Below are positions 1 through 8,041 of a stretch of DNA of 64,000 bases, piece after piece. This stretch comes from Trueperaceae bacterium (lineage in GTDB: Bacteria; Deinococcota; Deinococci; Deinococcales; Trueperaceae), in assembly GCA_965213925.1 (NCBI GenBank), contig OZ243927.1:896001-960000 (forward strand), written 5' to 3'. Made by a program: the position numbers and the translations under genes. The number at the start of each line of letters is the position of its first letter. The first letter of the stretch is position 1. The notes under the pieces were generated by a model, which worked only from the letters and a program-made list of their open reading frames with translations, searched no databases and was not told the origin of the DNA.

Positions 1-390
1 TTGGTCGTGGACTCCGCCGTCTTTGGCCCCTTCTCCCGGGCTATACGGGGCGAATATCTTTTGGGGAGGGACGCGGTGAGCGGCGAATGGGGCTACAACA
101 ACGGCAACTACGGGGTACTCTATAATTTCCGGCTCCGCGCCCGAAACGACGCCCTGTTGGGCTTGTCCTACGCCTTGCTAATGCAACCTTCCGGCGGGTT
201 CGGGCATTACGCGGTGCAAACCCAGGGCGACGTCGTGACCTCCGCGTTTATCTCCTACAAAAACGCCTGGTGGTTCTACCGGGCACTCATTTTGGGACCT
301 GGAGGCAGTCTAACGCTCCGCGCCGGCCTCACGGGTGGCTCGTTTGGGCCGCAGAAGTTCTTTTTCGTACCCTATAGGCGCTTTGAGTGA
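1..390 (+). CDS. hypothetical protein, 3' part (runs off window start)
   Basis: Open frame from base 1 to TGA at 388-390; no family recognised. Confidence 0.6.
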   Translation: MVVDSAVFGPFSRAIRGEYLLGRDAVSGEWGYNNGNYGVLYNFRLRARNDALLGLSYALLMQPSGGFGHYAVQTQGDVVTSAFISYKNAWWFYRALILGPGGSLTLRAGLTGGSFGPQKFFFVPYRRFE

Positions 391-581
391 GCGGCTACAC
401 TAGCGGCTGGCGAGATGGGCTGTGAATACAGTGAGCCGACCTGAGGGCAGTGCAACAGAAAACCCTCTACACGCATAGAGATTTACGCATTAGACGCGCG
501 CATCACACGCACGAAGTCTATGCAAATCTCCGCCCGAACTCTGCCCCGGTACTTAGCTGAATACCGATTCCAGGCGGTGCC

Positions 582-1298
582 TCACTCAAGCTGACTCAGC
601 GTCATGACGTTCCTGATCTTTTCCAGGTGCGCCGCCTCGACCTCCAGCCAGCTTTCCTCACGTTCTCCGCCCTCGCGCAGCTCCGCCGCAGCGAAGCCCG
701 AGGGCTTTAGGTCGTCGATAAAAATGATGAGGAGCTCTTTGCGGCGGGCCGAGTCCGGGATATGAACGAGCCGCGCGTAGAAATACTCGTCAGGGTAGCT
801 GTAGCCTTTGCCAGCAAGGAACTTGCGCACGAGGTAGCCGTCCGTTCCTGGTGAGCCAAGCCGCCAGAACCTAACGTCAATGCCTGCTGCTGTGTCCGTA
901 TAGAAGTTGAGGCCGTCTATTTCGACTCGAAGCGGAGAGTCAGTGTAATCATAGGCGTAGTCGTTGCTAGGCAAAAAGCCTTCAAACTGCAGCCAGAAAA
1001 GGCTTTTCAAACTTCCGTCCGGATGCTCCTCGACGAAGAAATGCTGTTCAACATCAGCGGTGCCGTAGAGTTCGAACGTTTGACCGCCGATGTACTCGTA
1101 GTCTTCGTCAAACATCATGTTCATGGCGGGGTCGGCTCGCGAGGTAAGGGTACCGGCTGACACAGATTTTTCTAATTCGGCGAATTCAGGTGATGTCGTC
1201 AACCTACCGGGGTCTGTAAAGTAGAAGTAGATAGCGGCAGCAGCCACAGTGATGAGGGCGAGTCCGGCGGCGATCAGGATAATCCTCTTCATAAGCAC
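582..1298 (-). CDS. hypothetical membrane-anchored/secreted protein
   Basis: 238-aa ORF with N-terminal hydrophobic helix (MKRIILIAAGLALITVAAAAIYF). Confidence 0.75.
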   Translation of the reverse strand: MLMKRIILIAAGLALITVAAAAIYFYFTDPGRLTTSPEFAELEKSVSAGTLTSRADPAMNMMFDEDYEYIGGQTFELYGTADVEQHFFVEEHPDGSLKSLFWLQFEGFLPSNDYAYDYTDSPLRVEIDGLNFYTDTAAGIDVRFWRLGSPGTDGYLVRKFLAGKGYSYPDEYFYARLVHIPDSARRKELLIIFIDDLKPSGFAAAELREGGEREESWLEVEAAHLEKIRNVMTLSQLE

Positions 1299-1454
1299 AT
1301 TTACTATAAAGCCTTCGCCTATTCCTCAAGGACACAGTTGCGCGCGTTCGCCGCACAAAGGCTTGAGCTTCGAAAGGCCTGTGCTGCGATCACTGAGCTT
1401 GAAAGAGCAACTTCGAGCACCTCACTTTTCGCGCAAAGCTTGTGTCGCTCACGT

Positions 1455-3677
1455 CTATGGGGAGGTATACACCCAATTTAGAAGTGCGCCTTCAACGCCC
1501 CCCGACACCAGACTGTCGCCATCAGATGACCAATCAAGGGCGAGAGAGCCAAAATCACCGAACGTCGTTTGCTGATGCCCTTCCAACCCCGTAATTCTTT
1601 CACCGGTGGCTGCCACCCAAACATGCACGCCGTCGTCCGCCTTCGCTTCGTCATCGTAGGTTGAACCTGACGTGGCGAGCCGGTGACCGTCAGGGCTCCA
1701 CGCTAACTCGTCAATGCCGTAAGGCGCTTCGATTGTAGCTAATGTTTTCTCTGAAGTACTATCAATGATTTGAACTTTTCCGCTCGACCCGCCGACGGCG
1801 AGCCGCTGGCTGTCAGGACTCCAGGCGATAGTTTTCGGATCTCGGTCAATTGTGAACGTGTGCATAAGGCGGCTAGTTTCCGCGTCCCACACTTTGACCT
1901 CGTCATAGCCTCCTCCAGCGAGCTTTGTCCCATCAGGGCTCCACGCCAGAGTAAAAATAGGGCGATAGTCTTGAACCTCGAATGTTTTGAGTAAGCTACC
2001 TGTCGTCCCATCTCGCACCTTGATCGTGCCATCTTGACCCCCACTTGCCAATCTCGTGCCGTCCGGACTCCAGCCGACTGCGTATACCTCACCACGGTGC
2101 GCGTCAACCGAGAAGAGTTGTTTGCGCGTAGCCATATCCCAAATCTTTAGAGCGCCTTCGTTGTCCTGACCACTGGCGCTTGCTAATTTTGAACCGTCCG
2201 GGTGCCAAGCGATGGCGTGAACAAAAGTGTCAAGCTCCGCTAGTGTACCGAGGCTGCGCCCCGAGGCGGCCTCCCAAACCTTAACGGTTCCGTCGTAACC
2301 TCCGCTCGCTACCTTGCCTTCGTGCAATTTGACAGTGGCGACCCGAGCCGCGTGACCGTTCGACGACATGACCTTTTGTCCGCTCTCGGCGTTCCACACG
2401 CTAAACCAAGGGATGGTGTCGTCGGCCGCAAAACGGTCGCCGTCGGGGTGCCAGTCTGCTCCTAAGACCACTCGAGCCTTCCCTACGACGCGCAGCATTT
2501 CTCTGCCCGTAGCGGCGTCCCAGATTCTTAGTTCACCCTCAGTTCCACCCCCTAAGATGCGATTCGTATTGGGTTCCCAGGCTACGACCAGAGGTTGAAA
2601 GTAATCTTCGTCGTCATCTCTCAACAGGACGCGCACAGGCTGACCCGTGTCAGCGTCCCAGATCACGACCTTGCCGCCGTTGCCGCTACTCACAAACTGC
2701 GAGCTGTCGGCGTTCCAGTCGACGTCCCAGACCCCTCCGAAAACATCAATCTCATAGAGGTGTTCGCCGGTTTCTGCATTCCATACACTGATCGAACGGT
2801 CTCCACCTACGATCTTCTCGCCATCCTGACTCCACGCCACAGCGTTATAGGTGTAATTATCGAGGCTCCAAAGCTCCTGGCCGCTCGCTATGTCCCACAC
2901 CCGCAATAACGCGTCGCCGCAGCTAACAAGTTTAGTCCCATCCGGACTCCAAGCTATATCGGTGACTTCTTCTGTATGTCCGACTAGGTCGGCGACGACT
3001 TCGCCCGTTGCCACAGACCAAACTTTAAGGCTTCCGCCCTTAAACGGTGCACCCGAACCACTTGCCACGAAAAGTCCATCCGGACTAAATGCGACCGCTT
3101 CGGCTTTTGCCGAATAGGTGTCGGAATCGAAATGATCATCGAGAGTGAATTTTAGGCTTCCCGTGGTTGCGTCCCAAAGTTTGACCATGCCGTCTGCCCC
3201 GCTAGTCGCGAGCAACTGTCCAGTCGGGCTCCAATCTAAATAGCGGACCTCCGCTGTATGGCCTGCGCCGAGTTTCCAGGCTACGTTAGTAGAGGGTAAC
3301 TGCCCTTCAACTTCTATCTTGCGCGTCGCTTTCGAGGACGTGCTCTTTGCGGAAAGCGTATAAGTTGTCTCTCCAACCGACCAGACAGCAGCTTCGGATA
3401 AACCGCTGACGTCGCCTATATCTGGCTCGAGAGTGAGCGTCAGCGACTCATCGGGAACTTGCCAGCTCAGCTGTACAGCCTCTCCGGCGGGCACAGTGAG
3501 CGTGGAAGCGGTCAATGACGTGATTAAAGTGGGGTCTGTCTCGAGGTCGACCGGGTTGTTGCCGTCTTTTACCTCATGAGTACACGATACTAACAGAGCC
3601 AAACTAAGAAGGAGGGAGCCGACGAGCCGTCTTTGATAAAAAGCCCGCACGTTCAGGCTGCTGAAATAGCGTCTCAT
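1455..3677 (-). CDS. WD40-repeat lipoprotein (about 14 repeats, probably two beta-propellers)
   Basis: Repeated GH...VAWSPDG..LASG..DG.VK.WD units; lipobox LVSC; ATG at 3677 overlaps the upstream TGA (ATGA). Confidence 0.9.
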   Translation of the reverse strand: MRRYFSSLNVRAFYQRRLVGSLLLSLALLVSCTHEVKDGNNPVDLETDPTLITSLTASTLTVPAGEAVQLSWQVPDESLTLTLEPDIGDVSGLSEAAVWSVGETTYTLSAKSTSSKATRKIEVEGQLPSTNVAWKLGAGHTAEVRYLDWSPTGQLLATSGADGMVKLWDATTGSLKFTLDDHFDSDTYSAKAEAVAFSPDGLFVASGSGAPFKGGSLKVWSVATGEVVADLVGHTEEVTDIAWSPDGTKLVSCGDALLRVWDIASGQELWSLDNYTYNAVAWSQDGEKIVGGDRSISVWNAETGEHLYEIDVFGGVWDVDWNADSSQFVSSGNGGKVVIWDADTGQPVRVLLRDDDEDYFQPLVVAWEPNTNRILGGGTEGELRIWDAATGREMLRVVGKARVVLGADWHPDGDRFAADDTIPWFSVWNAESGQKVMSSNGHAARVATVKLHEGKVASGGYDGTVKVWEAASGRSLGTLAELDTFVHAIAWHPDGSKLASASGQDNEGALKIWDMATRKQLFSVDAHRGEVYAVGWSPDGTRLASGGQDGTIKVRDGTTGSLLKTFEVQDYRPIFTLAWSPDGTKLAGGGYDEVKVWDAETSRLMHTFTIDRDPKTIAWSPDSQRLAVGGSSGKVQIIDSTSEKTLATIEAPYGIDELAWSPDGHRLATSGSTYDDEAKADDGVHVWVAATGERITGLEGHQQTTFGDFGSLALDWSSDGDSLVSGGVEGALLNWVYTSP

Positions 3678-4797
3678 TTGAAGAAGAGGCTCCAAAGGAT
3701 AACTTCTGCTCCTCGGCTACCAGAGACGAGAAACTGGCCGTCCGAACTCCAATCAAGCGTGGTAACTGATCCGATATGACCTATAAGTGAAACAAGCTCT
3801 TGGCCGGTTATGGCGTTCCAGATTTGGACACTTTGGCCGTCGCCGCTGGCGGCGAGTTGAGTACCGTCAGGGCTCCAGCTAAGCCCATAGATAAAGCGGT
3901 TAACGTCTGAATATATAGTGAACGGCTCCGAAGGAGATATCAGGGTCCATACCTTAACCTTGGACGAGTCAAGCGTAGCGGCTAAACGCGTACCGTCAGG
4001 GCTCCAAGCCAAATTGTGCACGCTATCGTAAGTGTCAAGCCCTTTCAAGACAATTTCCTTGCTCGTCGCGACCTCCCAAACGCTAACGTCTCCCCACTGG
4101 TTGCCCGCTGCGAGAAAACGTCCATCTGGACTCCAGACGATGTCAGCGATGCGGCCGGAGATTCCAGAAAAAGACACGCCCTCAGTCCCGGTCGCAGCGT
4201 CCCAGGTCTTAATAGCGCCTATACCGCTGTCTTTTAATTCGCCTCCTGCCGAGCGGACGCCATCCGGCCCCCAGTCGATAATCGCTTCGTAGCTGCCTTC
4301 AATCGTAAGTTGAAGACCTCCAGATGTTACGTCCCAAGTCTTGAATCTAGCCACGCTACCTGTCCCAGCGCCAGGGACGATTTCATAATAAGCAGCTGTT
4401 GTAAAGGCGCTGCCATCAGGCTTCCAAGTTGCGTCATCGAAGCCTGGATAGCTATTGTCGGTGAGAGACGATAGTTTCGTTCCGGTTGTAGTCTGCCACA
4501 GGTAGGCAACACCATCACGGGCAACGCTTAAAACACGGCTGTTGTCTGGGCTGAAGGTTACGGCAGTCACCTCGTCTTGGTGCCCCGCCGCGAAGGTGGT
4601 AATGGTCAGATCCTTCGCAGCAGTGTCTGCATTCCATAGTCCAAGCGTGCCATCTGTGGCTCCTGTGAGAAGTTTAGTGCCCTCTGGATGCCAAGCAATG
4701 TCGGCTTCCCAGGAAGAAAGTCCCTCCGTCTCCTTAGCGCCCTTGAGTTCTCGCAGCGCAGACCCAGTTGAGGCATCAGCAAGAATGGCATGGAGAT
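3674..4797 (-). pseudogene. WD40-repeat protein, 5'-truncated
   Basis: WD40 frame continues upstream of ORF 3674-4570 (HAILADASTG...IAWHPEGTKLLTGATDGTLGLWNA) to about 4797, then switches to the antisense of cas5e sequence with no start codon. Confidence 0.7.
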
Positions 4798-5073
4798 CCC
4801 TAGCCGATCTATCTCGGTCGGCGTGGCTACTATCCGAGCGTCCCGCTGTTTGTCATTGACGGGCTGAAAAAGGCGAGTTTGGAGGAGGCTATCGCTACCT
4901 ATCCCCGTGTCCTAGCCGATAAAGCGGTGCGGTTCGCCGACTGCCACATCGAAGGCAAAGGCAAGGTCGTACACGACCAGCCCGTCAGCTTCGCCACTCA
5001 TACCTTCGGACCCCGGAGGGTCTACCACTGCTGCGTCAGCAAGTTAGGAGCATCATGTACGTCACCGAACTGA
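4798..5073 (+). pseudogene. cas5e: type I-E Cas5 (Cas5e/CasD), C-terminal fragment
   Basis: Frame reads P*PIYLGRRGYYPSVP...HDQPVSFATHTFGPRRV, matching the Cas5e P.wp.yLGR...Ps.P and D.P.sF...RrF..R.v motifs; overlaps the cas6e start; N-terminal half absent. Confidence 0.8.
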
Positions 5074-5723
5074 CCTTAAACCAGGACAACCTCTTCGCCA
5101 TGCGCGACGTCGCCGACCGCTACGAGACGCACCGCTCTGTGAAGCGCTTGACCGAAGGGATGGAGCGCAGGGTTTTGTGGCGGCTCGACATGCAGCGTGA
5201 ATGGCGGCTCACGGTTCAATGTGAGCGTCCGCTCGAGCCGCGCTATGTGTCCAAGGCGATGCCCGGATACGCCGATCAAGTCCGGAGCGCGGAGGTTGCT
5301 ACGAATTTCGACCCTGGCGACCTGCTCCTCTTCCAGCTCGAGGCGAACCCGACCGTGAAGTGTGCCAAAAAGCGGCGGGCGCTAAAGAGTATGGCTGAGC
5401 TACAGGAGTGGCTACAAAGGAAGTTTGATGATGCAGGTTGTGAACTCCTAGACTTTGCAATCTTGAAGCAGCAAGCGTTACGGTTATATCGCCAGAAGAG
5501 GCCAGATGAACAAGAAAATGACGACGAGAATGGGTGTAAGTACGCCATGTTCAACAGCGTCAGGTTCATGGGCAGCACTAAAGTAGTAGACCTTAAAGCG
5601 CTCAAAGATACGCTCGAGGCTGGCATCGGCAGCGCGAAGGGATATGGCTTTGGGTTGCTCTCATTGCGACCTATCCCTTACAGAGACATAGCTGGAGTTA
5701 AAGTCTCAAAAAGCGTGTGTTGA
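5055..5723 (+). CDS. cas6e: type I-E CRISPR endoribonuclease Cas6e (CasE/Cse3)
   Basis: MYVTELTL..Y.TH..LWR N-terminus, F.LEANPT, C-terminal G-loop GIGSAKGYGFGLL; RBS AGGAG upstream; array directly downstream. Confidence 0.93.
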   Translation: MYVTELTLNQDNLFAMRDVADRYETHRSVKRLTEGMERRVLWRLDMQREWRLTVQCERPLEPRYVSKAMPGYADQVRSAEVATNFDPGDLLLFQLEANPTVKCAKKRRALKSMAELQEWLQRKFDDAGCELLDFAILKQQALRLYRQKRPDEQENDDENGCKYAMFNSVRFMGSTKVVDLKALKDTLEAGIGSAKGYGFGLLSLRPIPYRDIAGVKVSKSVC

Positions 5724-5729
5724 TCGAGC

Positions 5730-5878
5730 CTTTTCCCCACTCGCGTGGGGGTGGCGCGGGCGACTGATGCGCCTCGCCCTACTCCTCGCCTTTTCCCCAC
5801 TCGCGTGGGGGTGGCGCGCAAACGGGCGCGGCGAAGGGCAAAGAGGGCATTCTTCCCCACATTGGTGGGGGCGGTACC
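5730..5878 (+). CRISPR. type I-E mini CRISPR array: 3 repeats (third atypical), 2 spacers
   Basis: CTTTTCCCCACTCGCGTGGGGGTGGCGCG at 5730-5758 and 5790-5818; diverged TTCTTCCCCACATTGGTGGGGGCGGTACC at 5850-5878; exact 60-bp period; CCCCAC/GTGGGG stem; spacers 5759-5789 and 5819-5849. Confidence 0.92.
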
Positions 5879-6048
5879 ATCAGCAGAGCAAATCAAAAGC
5901 GAAAGCTGGAGTAAGTCCAGTGCATCGCGGCGAATCGCCAAAATACATTGGACGGCTGATGTATAGAAATGTCGATATCCAAGACATTGGGCGCATGATG
6001 TTTGAAACTCTTGATTAGACGAGGACTTACAGGAAGGCGTAGCAACTC

Positions 6049-6711
6049 CTATGTTGCGACTGGATGTCGAATCTCTCCAATCATGAGTCCCATTACTATG
6101 CTCGATTGGAACCAGCAGAAATTCTCGTCAACAGGGGCACGAAGTACATCCGTGAAACGCAGGTCGTACCCGCAAATTACGCAACAGTGGAGTTCCTCTT
6201 CGTCACCTCTACCGATCACTATAGCGCTCCCATAGCTATCACACTCGGTGTGTAGAAAGTTCTTATGATGTACGCAAACGCTGCAAAAGCTATACATCCA
6301 CTCCCGCCGAAAGAAAGGTTGCGTGTCCTCGAGAAGGCAGCGCGGACAATATTGAGTTGTGACAATTGGTTTAGGAGTTTTCGTCTGACGTGGGCGGTGA
6401 GAAAGTAGCTCACGCGAGCGGACACTCGCGCTTTTAATGCGTACCCGTGTCGGCGCAAGCAGCGCTTCGATATCGCCCACTGCTTGACCCGTACCCCGAG
6501 CCAAAACCTCGACCACGCTTTCTAGCTGACTGCCCTTTCGGTCTCTTATCCCTTTAGGGATAAGAGACTTGAGCAGCTTTTTTCCACTCCGCTTCTCCAA
6601 CACCTTCCAAAATCTATCCCAAGCTAAGCCGTTGCTCACAGCCAACCTAGCAACCCAGGAAGCGAAACTCTCACCTTGAAACAGTGAAGCGTGATACAGC
6701 CACAAATCCAT
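6049..6711 (-). CDS. tniQ: TniQ family Tn7-like target-selector protein
   Basis: GESFASWVARLAVSNG N-terminal motif; QYCPRCL.ED..PFFRREW.....C..H...L...C zinc motifs; C-terminal CVICGYDL; ATG at 6711 follows a TACACT -10 box. Confidence 0.88.
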   Translation of the reverse strand: MDLWLYHASLFQGESFASWVARLAVSNGLAWDRFWKVLEKRSGKKLLKSLIPKGIRDRKGSQLESVVEVLARGTGQAVGDIEALLAPTRVRIKSASVRSRELLSHRPRQTKTPKPIVTTQYCPRCLLEDTQPFFRREWMYSFCSVCVHHKNFLHTECDSYGSAIVIGRGDEEELHCCVICGYDLRFTDVLRAPVDENFCWFQSSIVMGLMIGEIRHPVAT

Positions 6712-6832
6712 ATGACAGTGTAGCAAATAGAGCAGCTTTCTTCGAAAGGACTGAAGTTGTAAACCGCTTCGGAGATCGCCCGTATACAGCCACTTTGTGA
6801 TATTATGCAGATGTGCCCCGCCCGAGCCAGAG

Positions 6833-6880
6833 CGATTCTCAGTATTCTTTACCTATTCTCAAAATTCTTTGTTTCTGACA
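6833..6880 (-). mobile_element. putative Tn7-like transposon end
   Basis: Minus strand reads TGTCAGAA-ACAAAGAATTTTGAGAATAG-GTAAAGAATACTGAGAATCG: terminal TGT, 8 bp, then two 20-bp-period direct repeats AAAGAATnnTGAGAAT. Confidence 0.7.
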
Positions 6881-6924
6881 CACCTATTCGAATAGAGGCG
6901 ACTGCGGCGGATAGTTCGTAATCA

Positions 6925-6958
6925 TGACCTCTTTGCCCTTCGCCGCGCCCTCTTGCTT
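6925..6958 (-). other. protospacer (6925-6955) plus 5'-AAG PAM (6956-6958) matching spacer 2
   Basis: Target CAAGAGGGCGCGGCGAAGGGCAAAGAGGTCA vs spacer CAAACGGGCGCGGCGAAGGGCAAAGAGGGCA, 28/31 identical. Confidence 0.9.
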
Positions 6959-7192
6959 ATAGTTGTTCATCCCGTACTGAAGTTCCCAAGGGACGATGTG
7001 CGCAAATGAAAAGAGCGCCCTGACCTCTTCGCAATCGTCATAAGTGATGAGCCATTTGTGCTTCACCTTTTGCATCACGGCGGCAAAACGCTCGTGATCG
7101 AAGGTCGTGTGCAGCTTCCCTTTTTTGCCGTAGAGCTTTGACTTTGTAGCGGATAAATAGGGCGGGTCCAGGAAAATAAAGACGTTTTCGCC

Positions 7193-7380
7193 GCCTAACG
7201 CACCGGGAGACCCGGATGCTGCGGACCCTAAACCCGGATGCTGCGGACCCTAACGCACCGGGAGACCCGGATTTCGCCGGACCCTAACGCACCGGGAGAC
7301 CCGGATGCTGCGGACCCTAACGCACCGGGAGACCCGGATGCTGCGGACCCTAACGCACCGGGAGACCCGGATGCTGCGGA
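7193..7380. repeat. 33-bp tandem repeat, 6 units (33,22,34,33,33,33 bp)
   Basis: Unit CCCTAACGCACCGGGAGACCCGGATGCTGCGGA; encodes SAASGSPGALG on the minus strand. Confidence 0.95.
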
Positions 7381-8041
7381 TGGCGCTAAGACGACCTCTT
7401 CGTAGTCGAGATTGGTAATCTTGGTCCCTTCAAGAAGAGGGGCGACGCGCCGTAAACGCCCTATCGAGGACTGCGTGAAGCGCTTTTCAAATGCACCTTG
7501 CGAATAGCCGCCCGCTTCGACCGTGCCCGAAAAGGTGATGCGGTTGAGGAGAAAAAAGCGGATGGCTCTGTGTAAGGGTGCGTCGGGTACGTTATCGACC
7601 AATGAGCGGTGCAGCGTGCGTCCGTCTGTCACCGTATCTTTCTGCTGCTGCACGCCTTCGACGAGCGCCTCTGGGCAATCGCGTAGGTAAAGCCAGAAGT
7701 GGTAAAGCTCTGCGTTGAGGTCGCTAATCCAGAACGAGGCGTTTGGGTGTTGCTGCCGCAAAGCTAAAAAGACAGAGCCGCCCCCTATGAAGGGTTCGCG
7801 GAACTCGCTGAACGTTGGAACGAGCGGCAGGATGGTTTTAAGTGCTTTTGCCTTACCGCCTGGATACCTCAGCGGTGTTTTTACCGAAGTGAAAAGACCG
7901 TCTTGCATTGACGTGCATCGTATCAGTCAATCGTGCCAGCTACTACCTCGAGGTGCAGGGTTAGGACACTACACGGAACAGTCACGCGCGAATGTCGCCT
8001 GACAGGAACGTAAAATATTTCACTTTGCTAAACTACCTCTA

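Larger units (their letters stand above)
6884..7908 (-). pseudogene. D12-class (Dam-like) N6-adenine DNA methyltransferase, frameshifted by a tandem-repeat insertion
   Basis: KTPLRYPGGK and EPFIGGGSV (motifs X/I) in the 5' frame; GENVFIFLDPPY (motif IV) through the C-terminus in another frame after the 188-bp insert. Confidence 0.88.

Noticed and set aside
391..581. Intergenic region as the left end of the Tn7-like element
   Set aside because: No AAAGAATnnTGAGAAT sites and no CACCT-TGT junction seen.
5678..6018. ORFs 5678-5941, 5745-5966 and 5767-6018
   Set aside because: They are translations of the CRISPR repeats and spacers.
7193..7380. 33-bp repeats as a CRISPR array, or as telomere-like DNA (each unit contains CCCTAA)
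   Set aside because: Units are contiguous with no unique spacers; one CCCTAA per unit is not telomeric, and no reverse transcriptase is in the window.
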